A stretch of DNA of 64,000 nt, from assembly GCA_965240325.2 (NCBI GenBank), contig OZ251233.1:1550001-1614000 (forward strand), read 5' to 3'. Below are positions 42,701 through 54,925 of the stretch, one piece after another. This stretch comes from Rebecca billardiae RCC1528. Taxonomy: Eukaryota; Protista; Haptophyta. The notes under the pieces were generated by a model. It was not told the origin of the DNA and ran no database searches. It worked only from the letters and a program-made list of their open reading frames with translations. The translations under genes were made by a program, and so were the position numbers. Position 1 is the stretch's first letter. Each line of letters starts with the position of its first letter.

Positions 42701-43598
42701 CCGCGGCCGCCGCCGCGCGGCCGCGCGCCTTCGCCTCACCGACTGCATCGCCGGGCTCGTGGGCGCTGAGCTGAACGAGTGCGCGCAGGTGCTGCGACGC
42801 GCGGCGCAGCAGCTCCGGCTGGGCGAGCTCGGCGGTCAGCGCCGCCTCCTCCGCCGCCTCGACGCCGCCGGCCGCGCTCGGGAGCAGCTCGTTGCCGTCG
42901 GCGGCCGAGCGCGCCGTGATCAGCGCCGCGCGCGCGGCGGCAGCCATGCTCGCGCGCCGCGCCGGCTGCGACGCCGGCTGCGCGCACGCGACGCTCGCGC
43001 GCCGCGCGGGCGCCAGCTGCGCGGCGGCGGCGCTCGCGCGCCGAGCGGCCGCCGCCTGCTGCGGCGGCGCGAGCGCACCCACCACGCTTGCACGCCGACC
43101 AGACGACAGCGTATGCCGCCGGTAGCGCTGCGCGGGCGAGGCCGAGCCCGCCTCTGACGGCGCGGGCGCGCGCGCGCCGTCGGCGCACGCCGATGCGCCG
43201 CCGTCTGCGCGCGCGTCCGCGCCGCCCTCGGCGGTGCCCTCCGCAATCGACGGGCAGGCGAGCGGTGTGCCGAGCCCCGGACTGCCCGGACTCAGACCCG
43301 GACTGCCCGGACTCAGCCCCGAGGGCAGCTCGGCGGCGCCGCACGCACTTACGCAGCTCGGGCGGCCGGCCGCCTCCGCGCCGCGCGCGGCGAACGCGCG
43401 CGCGGCGCCCGCGGCGGTCGCGGCCTCATGGAGCGCGGTGCACGCGGCCGTGCGCGGAGCAAAGTGCGGGAGCGGCGTGGATGGCGGCGCGCGCGAGCCC
43501 GCGGCTGGCGGCGAGCCGCCGGCGTGCGCGCCCGCGAGCGCCGGGGCGGTGGGCGGCGTAGCGAAGTCGGCACGCGCGCACGCTGCGCCGCTGTCGTA

Positions 43599-43639
<41 letters not shown>

Positions 43640-45254
43640 CTGTGAGCCAGCTCGATGGCGGCGAGTGGGCGCAGGGAGAGCCCCATCCGCCGCCGCCGCC
43701 GCCGCCGGCCGAGCCCCAGCCGCTGTCGCCGCCGCCCGCGCCGCCGGCCCCACTCGCTGGCCCGGCGGCCGCTTGGAAGGATGCGCCGGCGGACGCGGAC
43801 GTGGGGCCGCCGGCCGCCGGCGCGGGCGGCGCGGGCGGCGCGGGCGGCGCGCTCGAAAGCGGGCTGGGTGGTAGCCGCGCCGCTGCGCCGCCGCCGCCGC
43901 CGCCAGGCGCGGACGGCGGCGGCGGCGGCAAATCGGTCGGCAGCGACGGCCCGCCGCCCGCGCTGGCCAGAGCGGCCGCGCGGGCGCGCGCCGCGCCCGG
44001 CGGCGGCGGCGGCAAGGCGGCGGCGAGCCCACGACCACCGCCAGTAGCCGACTGCGGCGCGGCAGCAGCACCTGGGGTCTGAGGCCGGCCGCCACCCGCC
44101 GCAGCCGCGGCCGCGCTCGCGGCCGCGGCCGCCGAGGCGACGCCGCGCGCGCCCGCCCATGGCGAGGCGGGTGCGGAGGTGGCGCCCTCCGCCGCCGCCA
44201 CCGCCGCCGCCGCGGACGGTGAGTGCGGTGCCGCGCCCGTGTGCGGCCGTGGCGACACAGGCGCGGAGGCGGCGGCGGCCGCCGCCGCCGAAGCGCCAGC
44301 AAACGTGCCCGCGCCCGCGCGAAGCGGCTCGCCAGCGCCCGGCGTTGGTGACACGGGCGCCGAGGCTTCGGTGTGCTCCGATGCTCCCGCGCGTGCCTGC
44401 GCCCGCTGCGCCGCACCGAACACGCCGGCGCGCCCGGCCAACGGCAAGTCCGCATGCCCGCCCGACGGCGCAGCAGCCTCGCGCGCGCGCTCCGCCGCCT
44501 CCGCGCGCGCTTGCTCGAGCATCAGCGCGGCGGCCTCACGTTGGCGCGCCGCCGCCGCGCGCTCAGCCGTCTCCTCGCGCGCTTGCTCAAGCATCGCAGC
44601 CGCCGCCTCACGCTCCCGCGCCGCCTGCTGCAGTCGCGCGCGCGCGTCCGCGCCCTGCGCGGCGCCGCCGCGCGCGCTCGCGGGCAACGCTAGCAATTCC
44701 GCCACCGCCGCCCTCGCCGCACTGGACGCCGCCGCCCCGTCGCTCCGCAACTCTGCTGCTGCGCTCAGGCGGTCGTCGTCGCCGCCGTCGCCAGCCCCGA
44801 CGCCGCCATCGCCGCCGCCGCCACCGAGCATGCCGCCGCCGCCGCCGCCGCCGGTATCGCCGCCGCCGTTACCGCCGCCGGCCACGGAGCGCCGCCGGAG
44901 GCTGGCTGTCGAGCCGAGACCGGTCGGTTCAGGCTGCGCGCCAGCGCCGCGCCTGCCGTCGCCCGCGTTGGCGGCGCGTGCACCCGGCTGGGCGGCGGAC
45001 GCGCTGGCGACGCTCGATCGGCTCGCGCTCGTCAGAGCGGAGCTCCGTGCCGGCTGGCAGCCGCCGCGCCGGCCCGCAGCGACCGCCGCCGCGCCGCCGC
45101 CGCCGCCTACCACTCCGCCGCGCGCCGCACCGGTGCTGCCGCCACCGGGCGACGCCGCCGCACGCGCCGCCGCCGCGCCGCCAGCCGCGCCACCCATCGG
45201 GCTGACTGGCGACCACTCTTCCCAGCCATCCGCAGCCCAGCTACCCTCTGCGTC

Positions 45255-45306
<52 letters not shown>

Positions 45307-48300
45307 TCGCCGCGCGCGCGCTCACTGCCGCGCGGCGTCCACGCCAGCTGGTGCGCGGCGGCCTGGGCGGCCGGCGGGGAGCCCTCTGAACGCGCCGAGG
45401 GCAGGCTCCCACCGCCATCGCTGTGCCGCAGGATGGGCTCCTCCGCCGCCCTGGCAGTGCCACCCAGCCCGCCGCCATCGCCGCCATCGCCACCGCCGCC
45501 GCCGCCGCCGCGTGCTGCCATTGCCTCGTCGGCGGCGGCCGCGACATCGGCAGGCGAGGGCTCGCCGCGCGGGCTGGAGGGCGTGCCGCCCGCGCCGCAC
45601 GCCGAGCCCGCGCGCCGCGCGCCAGCCGCCGCCAGTCGCGCCGCGCGCGCGAGCTTGTCGCGAGCGCTCAGCTGAGCCCCAGCAGCGATCGGCACAGCCT
45701 GCCGCCGCCCTGGGCTTGGCAGCGGCGCGGCGGCGGCGGAGGGCGCGACGGAGGAGGCCGCGCGCGAGCTCGCCGCGCTGGACGAGCGCGGCGACGGCTC
45801 CGAGGCGGACTGGCGCGAGCGCCGCGCCGCCGCCGCGCCCTCCGCGTAGGCGGCCGCGAGCGCCGCGCGCCCTGCGCTCACAGCGGGTGAGGGCGCGGAG
45901 GCAGCCACGCCGACGCGGCCGGCCGAGTCGCCCACACTGCCAGGCGTGCGCGCGGGGGAGGCGCGCGGCGCGGAGCGCACGCTGCCGCCCTCGTCCGAGC
46001 GCGGCGACGTGCTGCGCGGGCCCGCGGCCGTCGCCGCGCGCATCGCGCCCGCGGCCGCGGCCACGGCGCGCGCCGCGGCCATGCCGCCGCGCTCGGCGCG
46101 CGGCGCGAGCGCGCCCGCGCCAACGGCACGACAAAGATCCGGACCTCGACGAATGTCCGGACTCCCGGCGGAGGTGCCGGGCGAGGGGAGGGGCAGCTCG
46201 AGCGGCGTGGGGCGACGCCCGGCGAGGCTGCGCGCCAGCGCGCCCTCCGCGCCTCCGCCCTCGCCGCCCTCGTCCTCGCCGGCGCTCGCGCGGCCGCGGG
46301 CGCGGCCAAGCGCGGCCAGTGCGGCGCGCGCCGCAGCTGTCGGCGAGCGCTGCTGCGCGCCCGCCGAGCCCGCGGCGGAGCCGGCGGCCCAGCGGCGCGT
46401 GGCATGGGCGTACGGCGACGAGAGCTGGCCCTCGCTCGGCGCGCGCCGCAGCCCGTCGCCGCCCTCGCCGCCAGCGCCGCGCGCGCGCACGCGCGGCGCG
46501 CTCGCCGGCCGCGCCGCTGACGCCTCCGATCCCGCCGCGGCCCGCCGCGCGTCGCATGCGGACGTCAGCCGGCGCTGCGCGCGCGCAGCGGCGGCGAGGG
46601 CGCCCCAGTCGGGCGGCGCGCGCGATGCGGGCGGCGCGCTGCGTGCCGACGCGACCGAGCGCGCGCCGGGCGAGCTCGGCGAGCGCGCGCCGCCGCGCAG
46701 CGGGGCCCGCGTGCTCGCCGCCTCCGCGGCCGCGGCGAGCCGCCGCGCCGAGCTGGCGCCTGCGCCGGCGCTCAGTCGGTCGAAGACGCTCGGCGCGCCG
46801 CCGGGCGAGGCGAGCGAGGGCGCGCGCGGCGAGGAGGGCGCGTGCGACGGCGCGCGGCCCGCCGAGCCCACCGACGCCGCGCGCGTCCCGCCGCGCAGCC
46901 CGCCACGCGCCGCGCTCCCAAAGCCCACACCGCGCGCCGAGCGCGCCGCGGCCGCGCGCTCGGCCGCCGACGCGGCCGACGCGGCTGAGCCGATCGAAGT
47001 GGCGGAGAGGCGGGAGGACTCCTCGGCGATGCGCGAGCGCGGCGCAGAGTGCGAGCGCGCGCGCTCGGACACCGCCGAGCCCGCGCCCAGCCGCACGCGC
47101 GCGCCGGGGCTGGGCGCGCGCGAGGGAACGCCCGGACTCGGCGCGCGCGCGGCGCGGCGCGCCTCGACCGCCTCGGCCGCGGCGGCGCCGAGCCGGCTCG
47201 CCTCCACGTCGGCGCGCGAGCGAAGCGCGGTGAGCGCGGCGTCGAGGTCGCGCGCGGCCTGCGTGCGCGCATCCGCGCCAGCCGTCGACGCGTCGTCCTC
47301 CGCCTCCGCCCCGCCGCGCGCGCCGCGCGCGCCGCGCGCGCTCCGCACGCTGCCTGCGACAGAGGCCGCCGCGCGGCGGCTCACCGGCGGGGGCGAGCCC
47401 GCTCTGCTGCCGCGCGCGCTTGGCGAGGGCGAGCGCTCGCGCCGGCTGGGCGAGGCGCGGCGCGCGGAGCGCAGGCTCTCCGCGCCGTCGCCCGCGCCGC
47501 GCGCCGTGCGCCCGCCGCGCGCGCTGCTCTCGCCGCTCCGCCCGCCGAGCGCGCGCCCCGCCGCCACCATCGACAAATACCCGAGCTGGTCGCCAAGCCT
47601 CCCGCCCTCGGCGCCGGCGGTTGGCAGCAGTCGGCCGCGGGGCACGCGCACGGCGGTCGAGGTGAGCGGGGCGGAGGCGAGGGCGGCGAGCTCGCGGCCG
47701 CCGGGGCTCGACGGCGCGGCGCGCGCGCACAGCGGCTCCCAGCACGCGCCGCCCTCGCCGCCACCGCCCTCCGCGCCGAGCCCGCCGCCGCCGCCGCCGT
47801 CGGCTCGGCCATCGAGCGCGCTGGTCACACGCACTCGGCTCGCGAGCCGCGCGGCGGTGCGCACGGCCGCCGGCTGCGAGAGCGGCAGCGAGAAGGCGGC
47901 GGCGGGCGGCGATGGGCTGGGCGTGTGCGCGCTGGCGCGCCACGCCGCGCCCGCGCTCGGCGGCGTGCTCGGCGGCGGCAGGCCGTACCCGCCCCCGCCA
48001 ACCACCGCGTCGGGCGCAGCGCGCCGCAGCCACCCGTGCGCGCTGCTGCCGCTCGTGGGCGTGCGCGGCGCGGGCCCAGGCGGCGGCGAGACGGCTCCCG
48101 CGCCAGCCCACCGCACGGGCCCGTCCGCGCCGCCCGCCCCGAGCCCGTCCGCGCCGTGCGGGCTGAGGAACAGCTCCGCCAACCGGCGCTCGGCCGGCGT
48201 CACCGCGACGCTGTCGAGGGTGCGCAGGCGCGGCGCGGCCGCGACGAGGGCGTACCGCCAGCCGAGCGCGGCGGCGCGCGTGGCGGGCGCGTCGACGCCG

Positions 48301-48692
48301 AGCGGCGACTGCGTGAACACGTTGCCGCGCACGTCCAGCCGCTCGAGCATCGGCAGCGCCGCGAGCTCGGCCGCGAGCGCCGACGCATCGGCGAGCGCGT
48401 TGCTACTCAGGTCGAGCTCTCGCAGGTTGGTGAAGCGCGAGAGCCCGTGGACCGAGACGAGGTGGTTGGCGGAGAGGTCGAGCGTGCTCACCAGCTCGGG
48501 CGCGCCCAGCTCGGCCGCCAGCGGCGCCACGTGCGTGAGCCCACGCGCGCGCGCGCTCACGCGGTCCGCGAGGTGCGGCTGCGACGGCGACGCGCCGGGC
48601 TGCGCGTCGAGCGCGGCGCTGCGCGGCGGAGCGAAGAGGACGTCGCGCTCGGGTAGCCCGTCACCCGTCGTCGGGCTCAGGATCAGCGCCAT
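39798..48692 (-). CDS. Very large protein: N-terminal LRRs, long Ala/Pro/Ser/Gly low-complexity region, C-terminal globular (PARP-like?) domain
   Basis: LDLSANHLVSVHGLSRFTNLRELDLSSNAL...LERLDVRGNVF...LRTLDSVAVTPAER (SDS22-type LRR plus LRRcap). Single open frame; start uncertain. Confidence 0.7.
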
Positions 48693-48985
48693 CCCAACGC
48701 CCCCAGCGCTCGCGCCCGTCGCGTGGGCGCGAGCGTCGCGCTGCTGGGTGCAGCTCGTCTGCCCGTCCTCACGCAGTCTCGCTGCAGCGGTGGAACGACC
48801 GTGGAAACTGGAAAACAGCCAAGCGCGCGATTTCTGAGCAACAAGAACGAACATCTCCCCAGTGTCCAGTGACGAATCCGTCATCGTCGTCGGAAACAGT
48901 CGTTCGGCGACGAAGGCCGAAGGCAAAGAGTCCGGTCGGGCGAGGAGGCAACGGTGGGGCAATTCAAATCGAATTCACTGGCGCG

Positions 48986-49845
48986 ATGGCGACGCTCCCG
49001 CCCGAGGCGAGCCAAGCCTTCCAGGAGGCGCTCGAGGCGGTGGTGGCGCGTGCAGGCCTGGGCGTGTCCGAGCGGGAGGCGCTTCAGCAGCACGCTGATG
49101 CCCTGTGGACGCGCAGCGCCGAGCGCCTGACCAAGGCCGCCGCCGAGGGCGCACAAGCTGAGCTTGACGCGCAGGTGCGCAAGCGCGTCCCCTCCTCCAC
49201 CGCCCGCCCGCACGGGGCCCACGCCGCGCGATGCGGCGGGAGGCTCACGCCGGCCTCCCCTCGCGTGATATGGCACCTCATGCGTGCTTCCGCGCGCGCA
49301 GCTCGCCGATCTCACCGCCTGCCTCGCCTCGCAGCGCGAGAACGCGCCCGAGGCCGCTCGCGGCGCGCTCGCCGCCCAGCATGAGCAGCATGCCCGCCGC
49401 CTTGAGCAGCTCATCGCGAGCGCGCGCGCTGACGAGGAGAAAGCGGGCGCAGAGCCGCCGCCGGCCAACGCGGCAGTGATCGCTCAGCTCGAGCATCTCG
49501 CGCAGCGCCACGCCGGCGTGCTCGACGAGGTGCAGCGCGCGGGCGGAGAGCTCGACACCGCAGCGGCGAGCGCGGCCGAGCAGAGCCGACAGCTTGAGTA
49601 CGCGTCGCAGGTGGAGGCTCGCGTGTGCCCGACACAAGAGGCGATCGTCGGCGCGGCGGCCAAGCGCATCCCAACCGCTGGGTGCGTCCGCGCGCGGGCG
49701 CGGGCGCGCTCGCTCACGCGTGCCAGCCGAGCACCTCCGCACTCACAAGCACCGCGCGCTGACCCTGCGGCGCTCTGCGCCACCCGCCGCGCGCAGGCTT
49801 CGTACGGCGCAGGGCCGCGCCGTCCTCCTCATGCAGCAGCGCTAA
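48986..49845 (+). CDS. Helical/coiled-coil protein, weakly resembling kinetochore Nsl1; 3 exons: 48986-49174, 49302-49681, 49797-49845
   Basis: GT..AG introns at 49175-49301 and 49682-49796 (CTGAC branch site) join three ORF-track frames. The functional call is tentative. Confidence 0.6.
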
Positions 49846-50350
49846 CGGCGGCGCGGGCGGCCCGCCCGAGTATGCGCTCATGCCTCCGACCCTCGGCGAG
49901 GCCGGGGTGGCTCGGATGGCATGCACCTTCGAAACGCAACTACTGCAAACGCGGACTGTGTCAGCGAGCGGGTCAACGGTGAATTAATCATGAGCAGTGA
50001 TGTCTGATGAGTGATGAGTGAATATATATACGACTGAATCATCATCAGCAGCAGTCGTAACTGCTACTACTAGTCAGCCTATTGCCTAATGATGACAGAG
50101 TCTGCTCGTCCGAGTCCGACCGTGGCCTGACTAGGGTCTAGGCACTAGCTCGGCGCTGAGCCGACAGAGTGAGAGAGAGTACTCTGAGTGATGACGGTAC
50201 TACCGGCGGTCCGTGACCGTCTGTACTGTCGATCATTGTGACTATTGAGTCTCATCAAGTGTCACTTCACACTTGTCAGTCATCATCATCATCAGCTAGA
50301 CATCATGATGAAGTGACGATCGTCATCATCATCATAGCTAGTAAGTAGTA

Positions 50351-50351
<1 letters not shown>

Positions 50352-50419
<68 letters not shown>
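50352..50419. repeat. (TA)n microsatellite
   Basis: Perfect TA run. Confidence 0.95.
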
Positions 50420-50421
<2 letters not shown>

Positions 50422-51257
50422 TCATCATTGTAGCATCAGTGCTGCTACTTGAGTCGTCAAGACTACTCTTGAGTCGTATAGCTACTGAGACTGAGTCTGA
50501 GCAGACTCTGCTGAGTCACTTTGACTTTTCGGGCCGCGTCTGGCTGCTAGCAGTGCTAGTGACTCTCGGTCGAGATCTGACTCTCGCTGGCCGCACTCAC
50601 GAATGCGGAGGCGACTCGGTCGACGGTCCGACGGCGGCGCCGGAGTGATCATTGAGAGTGGCGGCCAGGTCAGGCCTCAGCCTCAGGGTAGGGCCCCGAG
50701 CCCGCCGCCCCGCCGCCGGCCGAGGCTGCCGGGCTGTCTGTCTGTCTCGCCAGGCCCGGCCCCGGCCCTCGCCGGCTCGCCCTCGGCCTCGGGCTCACCA
50801 CTGCGGCGCCGCCCGGGAATCGATCGCCAATCGAGTGAATCGGCGGCGGCCCGGCGACGGGCACCTGACTCAGAGGCGCTAGCTCGGGCACCCGCCGGGG
50901 CGGCCCTGGGCCTGCGGGCCCGGCGGCCCGCCCGGCGCTGTCGGGTCCGAGCGGGCCCGACGGGCGGGCGGGGCGCGGGCCGCGGGGCCCGGCGACGACG
51001 GACTGGCGGACGTGGTGGCGCCGACATCGTCATCGATTCGATTCAATCACTCATATCGATATCTGCCGATCAGACTGAGTCAGTGCGTCTGTGCAGTCGG
51101 AGTTACTCCGAGTCTCGTCGCGGTGACTGTGACTACATTCTGTACGAGCATTGCCGATTGCGCGTCTTAATAACCCGGAGTAACAACATCGGCTGTGCAT
51201 GTACATCGGCCGCTTGCGCAGCATGATGACGGCAGACAGACAGCAAGTGAGAGTAAG

Positions 51258-51303
51258 TACTACAGTGTGACCGTACTACAGTGTGACCGTACAGTGTGAC
51301 CGT
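51258..51303. repeat. Three tandem copies of TACAGTGTGACCG
   Basis: tac-tacagtgtgaccg-tac-tacagtgtgaccg-tacagtgtgaccg-t. Confidence 0.85.
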
Positions 51304-51399
51304 ATTGTGCCAGATGGCAGATACCTCGGCACTCGTCGATCATCGTCAATAAGTCATCGCTCCCGGGGGCGCCGCCTACGTGATGGCGTGCTGGGGTAG

Positions 51400-52233
51400 T
51401 TACCGGTGGCCGTCGACGACGTAGACAGACAGCTTGTTGTCATGACCGCCTGTAGTAGTCGTGCCGCCATAGTAGCTGCAGCTACCCCTCTTGATCACGA
51501 CGCGGCTCTGGAAGCTTCTCAAGCTTGCGACGGATGATGATGATGAACGGATGCGGCCGACGATGCCACTGACGGCGTCAGACGCGCCCGAGAGCGACGA
51601 GCGCGCCATGCTCCGCGAGGTACCGGCCACTGGCGGAGGGGCGCGCGTGATGGTGCTCGCCGTGGTGGTTGTTGGGGTTGGCGGCACGTCATTACTCATC
51701 AATACAGTAGTAGTAGTACTCAAATGCCAGCGCGCTGCGCGCACGAGCAGCGCAAGCGTGTCGTCGACACTGATCTGCTCCCACGCCGTGTCGCGGACAA
51801 GTTGTGAAAATGATCGGTACTTGTTGGGCCCGACGAGCATGCCAGAGCCGTCAAGCAGCGTGCACCACGCGTCCATCTCTGCGCGGCACAGCTCTGCGGA
51901 GGAAAGCTTTGCCGCAGATGCGATGAGCCCGAGCATGTTCTTGGTAGGGCTGTCGTTGCAGAACTTGTCCGCGATGACGACGCACGCGGCCAAATGAAGC
52001 GACGCCTTCGCCACGAGCTGCTGCGCTGCCTCGCTCGTACGCAAGCCTCCGCCCGCTTGCGCGAGCAAGTGGCCAAAGTACACAGTCGCGTGCACGAGCG
52101 CCTCTTCGCTGATGCACAGGGCCCAGCGAGTGTCAGGCGACGGTCCGTCCGGCGGCGCGATGGCGGCGAGTAGCTGCCGCATGCGCTTGTGCACGCGCGG
52201 CGCCACCTCGGCGCGCATGTCCGTGTGCTTCAT
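51400..52233 (-). CDS. Cyclin-box protein (PHO80/cyclin-P/U-like, divergent)
   Basis: ALVHATVYF...LHLAACVVIADKFCND....AKLSSAELCRAEM resembles the cyclin N-terminal box. Ser/Thr-rich tail. Confidence 0.6.
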   Translation of the reverse strand: MKHTDMRAEVAPRVHKRMRQLLAAIAPPDGPSPDTRWALCISEEALVHATVYFGHLLAQAGGGLRTSEAAQQLVAKASLHLAACVVIADKFCNDSPTKNMLGLIASAAKLSSAELCRAEMDAWCTLLDGSGMLVGPNKYRSFSQLVRDTAWEQISVDDTLALLVRAARWHLSTTTTVLMSNDVPPTPTTTTASTITRAPPPVAGTSRSMARSSLSGASDAVSGIVGRIRSSSSSVASLRSFQSRVVIKRGSCSYYGGTTTTGGHDNKLSVYVVDGHR

Positions 52234-52616
52234 CTTCCTGTGGCACGTCGGACTCGGACTCGGAGGCGGAGTACTCGGGCCGGGTCTGGCAGTGGGGCGG
52301 CTAAGGAGCTCGGGAGCCCAGGCTGGAGAGGGTCCGGAGGGAATCTTTATTAAGGGCGTATAATCTTAATGACGATGATGACGATGGCATCTTGATGATA
52401 CTACGTTGAGTATTTTACTATTTTACCTGTAAAGTGCTGATGATTATGTCCTACCAGTATGTATTCATTCGACTATGTACATGTATTCATCCGACTTATA
52501 TATATGGTATATATATAGGCAACCTGAAACCAATCATACAGATCCCTGACCCCGGATCTGCTCATTCAGAGGCTGTGCCGCTGTGGTGACACTGCACATG
52601 GGGCAACGGCTACAAC

Positions 52617-54211
52617 TTACAAGCGCGCGTGCGGCCCGCCGCCTGCCTGGTCGGCGGGCGGTACGCCGAGCAGCTCACGCAGGTAGTCATTCAGGAAGAC
52701 GCCGTCCGGATCGAGCGCCTGGCGCACGCGCATGAAGTCCTCCCACCGCGCGTACAGCGGGCGCAGCTGCGGCGCGCGCAGCGAGTGCTCCTTGGCCCAG
52801 TGCGGCCGGCCACCGTGCCTCAGCATGAGCGACTCGAACGCAGCGAAGAGGGCGCCGTGCTCCGTCTCGCGGCCGAACGGCCGCTTGGCGGGGATACCCA
52901 CCCACGCGCTCGCGCGGCCGTACGCCGGGGACAGCCAGATGTCGTCCGCGGCGGAGAAGCGCAGGTCCACCTGCGGCGCGAGACGCGGCGGGGCGATGGC
53001 GCGGCTCGTGACGCGCACACACACGAGCAGCGGTGCACGCGCGCGCGCGCGCGCGCACGCACCGGGAAGGAGAGGTAGTGACCGCCGCCGGCGGAGCTGA
53101 CGAGGGCGGCGAGCTCCGCCATCGCCTGCCGGAGCGCCTCCGCCGGCAGCGCGAACTCCGACACGTCGAAGCGCACGCCCGCGCTCTCGGAGGCGGCGCG
53201 GTGCTCGTTGCACTGGACCACATACGACGCATCGGCCGCGCGGAGTGGCGGGAAGAGCAACGGGCGCAGCGTGCGGTTGACGAGCGGCGTGGCGGCGGGC
53301 GTGGCGGTGGCGAGGGCGTACAGGCCCTCGTGCGCCGCGCCGCCCGCGCGCGAGTTGAGGAACGCCGCCACGGCGGGCGTGCCCACGTCGTCGGCGCGCA
53401 GCGCGCCGCGTGCGCCGGCCGCTGCCGTTGCCTCCGCCTCCGTCTCGCCCGGGGGCGGCGCCGAGCGCGCCAGCTGCTCGACGGGCGGCACGGGGCGGCG
53501 GTCGATGCAGAACGCGTGGACGTAGCCCGTGTGCGGCACCCACCACGCCTTGAAGTACTCGAAGCGCCCCGCGAGCTCGTCCATCCGCTCGAGGCACTCG
53601 TGCAGCGGCAGCGGCCCCTCGGCGATGTGCAGCGTGTGCGCCGGCACGAGCGACAGAGTGACCGTGGAGAGCACGCCGAGCACGCCGAGGCTGGCGCGGG
53701 CGGCGGGGAGGAGGTGGGCGTTGGTCGAGCGGTCGATCGATACCACCTCGCCCCGCCCGTCGACCAGCGTGCACCCGAGCATCTGCGCCGAGAGCGAGGG
53801 CGAGTTGCGGCCGCTGCCGTGCGCCGCGGAGCAGAGCGCGCCGCCGACCGTCACCGCGATGACGACGGGCACGTTCTCGAGCGTGAGCGGCGGCTCGTGG
53901 TCCTGCAGGTGTTCGAGCAGCTGCACAAGCGTGATCCCCGCCTCGCACGTCACCGTGCGCGCCGCCGCGTCGACCGCGAGCACGCGCCGGTACTTGCGCA
54001 GCGAGAGCGCGACGCCCCCGTCCGCGCACATCGACCGGTTGAACGAGTGGCCGTGGCCGACGACGCGGCAGGGCACGCGGCGCTGGCGCGCCTCACGCAC
54101 GGCATCGGCGATCTCGCCCTCCGTGCGCGGCTCCCGCACGCCGCCCGGCCCGGGCTCGAACGAGACGCCGCCAGCCCAGTTCGTCCACGCTGATGAGGAG
54201 GATGACGGCAT
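52617..54211 (-). CDS. FAD-linked aldonolactone oxidase (GULO/ALO family), 2 exons: 54211-53063, 52970-52617
   Basis: WTNWAG, VVGHGHSFN (His for covalent FAD), TVGGALCSAAHGSG, GGRPHWAK and LDPDGVFLN. Phase-0 intron at 53062-52971. Confidence 0.88.
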
Positions 54212-54297
54212 CGTTCGCCGAATCGCCGTGGCCGCATCAGTGCTTCTGCAGTCGCGGCTTCGCTGGCGCCACGCCGGCCGCACGCCTGCCGGCCGGC

Positions 54298-54925
54298 ATG
54301 TCCTGGCAGACGTACGTGGACGTCGAGCTCGTCGGCTCGGGCGCAGTGTCGCAGGCGGCGATCTGCGGCGTTGAGGCCGGCGACACGTGGGCAACCTCGC
54401 CCGACTTCACGGTGCGCGCGCAGGGCGCGGCATGCATGCGGCGCGCGCAGGGCGCGGCATGCACGCGGCGTTATGGAGGCCCAGCTGCGCCTCCACGCAC
54501 GCGCGCGCGCCGCGCGACGGCTTCGCCACACGCAGGTGAGCGTCGAGGAGGCGCAGGCGCTGGTCGCGGGCCTCGCGGACCAGACGCACTTCTTAGAGAA
54601 GGGCATCACCTTGAACGGCGTCAAATACATGTTCATCCGAGCGGAGGCCGACCAGGAGGTGCACGGCAAGAAGGTGCGGCTCGTGGTCGCGCGCGCGGTG
54701 CGGGCGCGGAGGTGGCGCGCATGCGCGAAGGCGCGTGTGCCGAGATGACCGCCCTCGCCACGCGCGCACGCCCCCATCGCCGCCTAGGGCGTGACGGGCT
54801 GCTGCATCTTCAAGGGCAAAACGTTCCTTCTGATCTGCGTGCACGACGACACGATCCAACCTGCACAGTGCAGCGCCGCGGGCGAGAGGCTTGCGCACTA
54901 TTTGAGTGACGACCAGGGCTTGTAG
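54298..54925 (+). CDS. PFN: Profilin, 129 aa; 3 exons: 54298-54411, 54536-54673, 54788-54925
   Basis: MSWQTYVD, GITLNGVKYMFIR and GKKGVTGCCIFK...LAHYL. Two phase-0 GT..AG introns. Confidence 0.95.
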
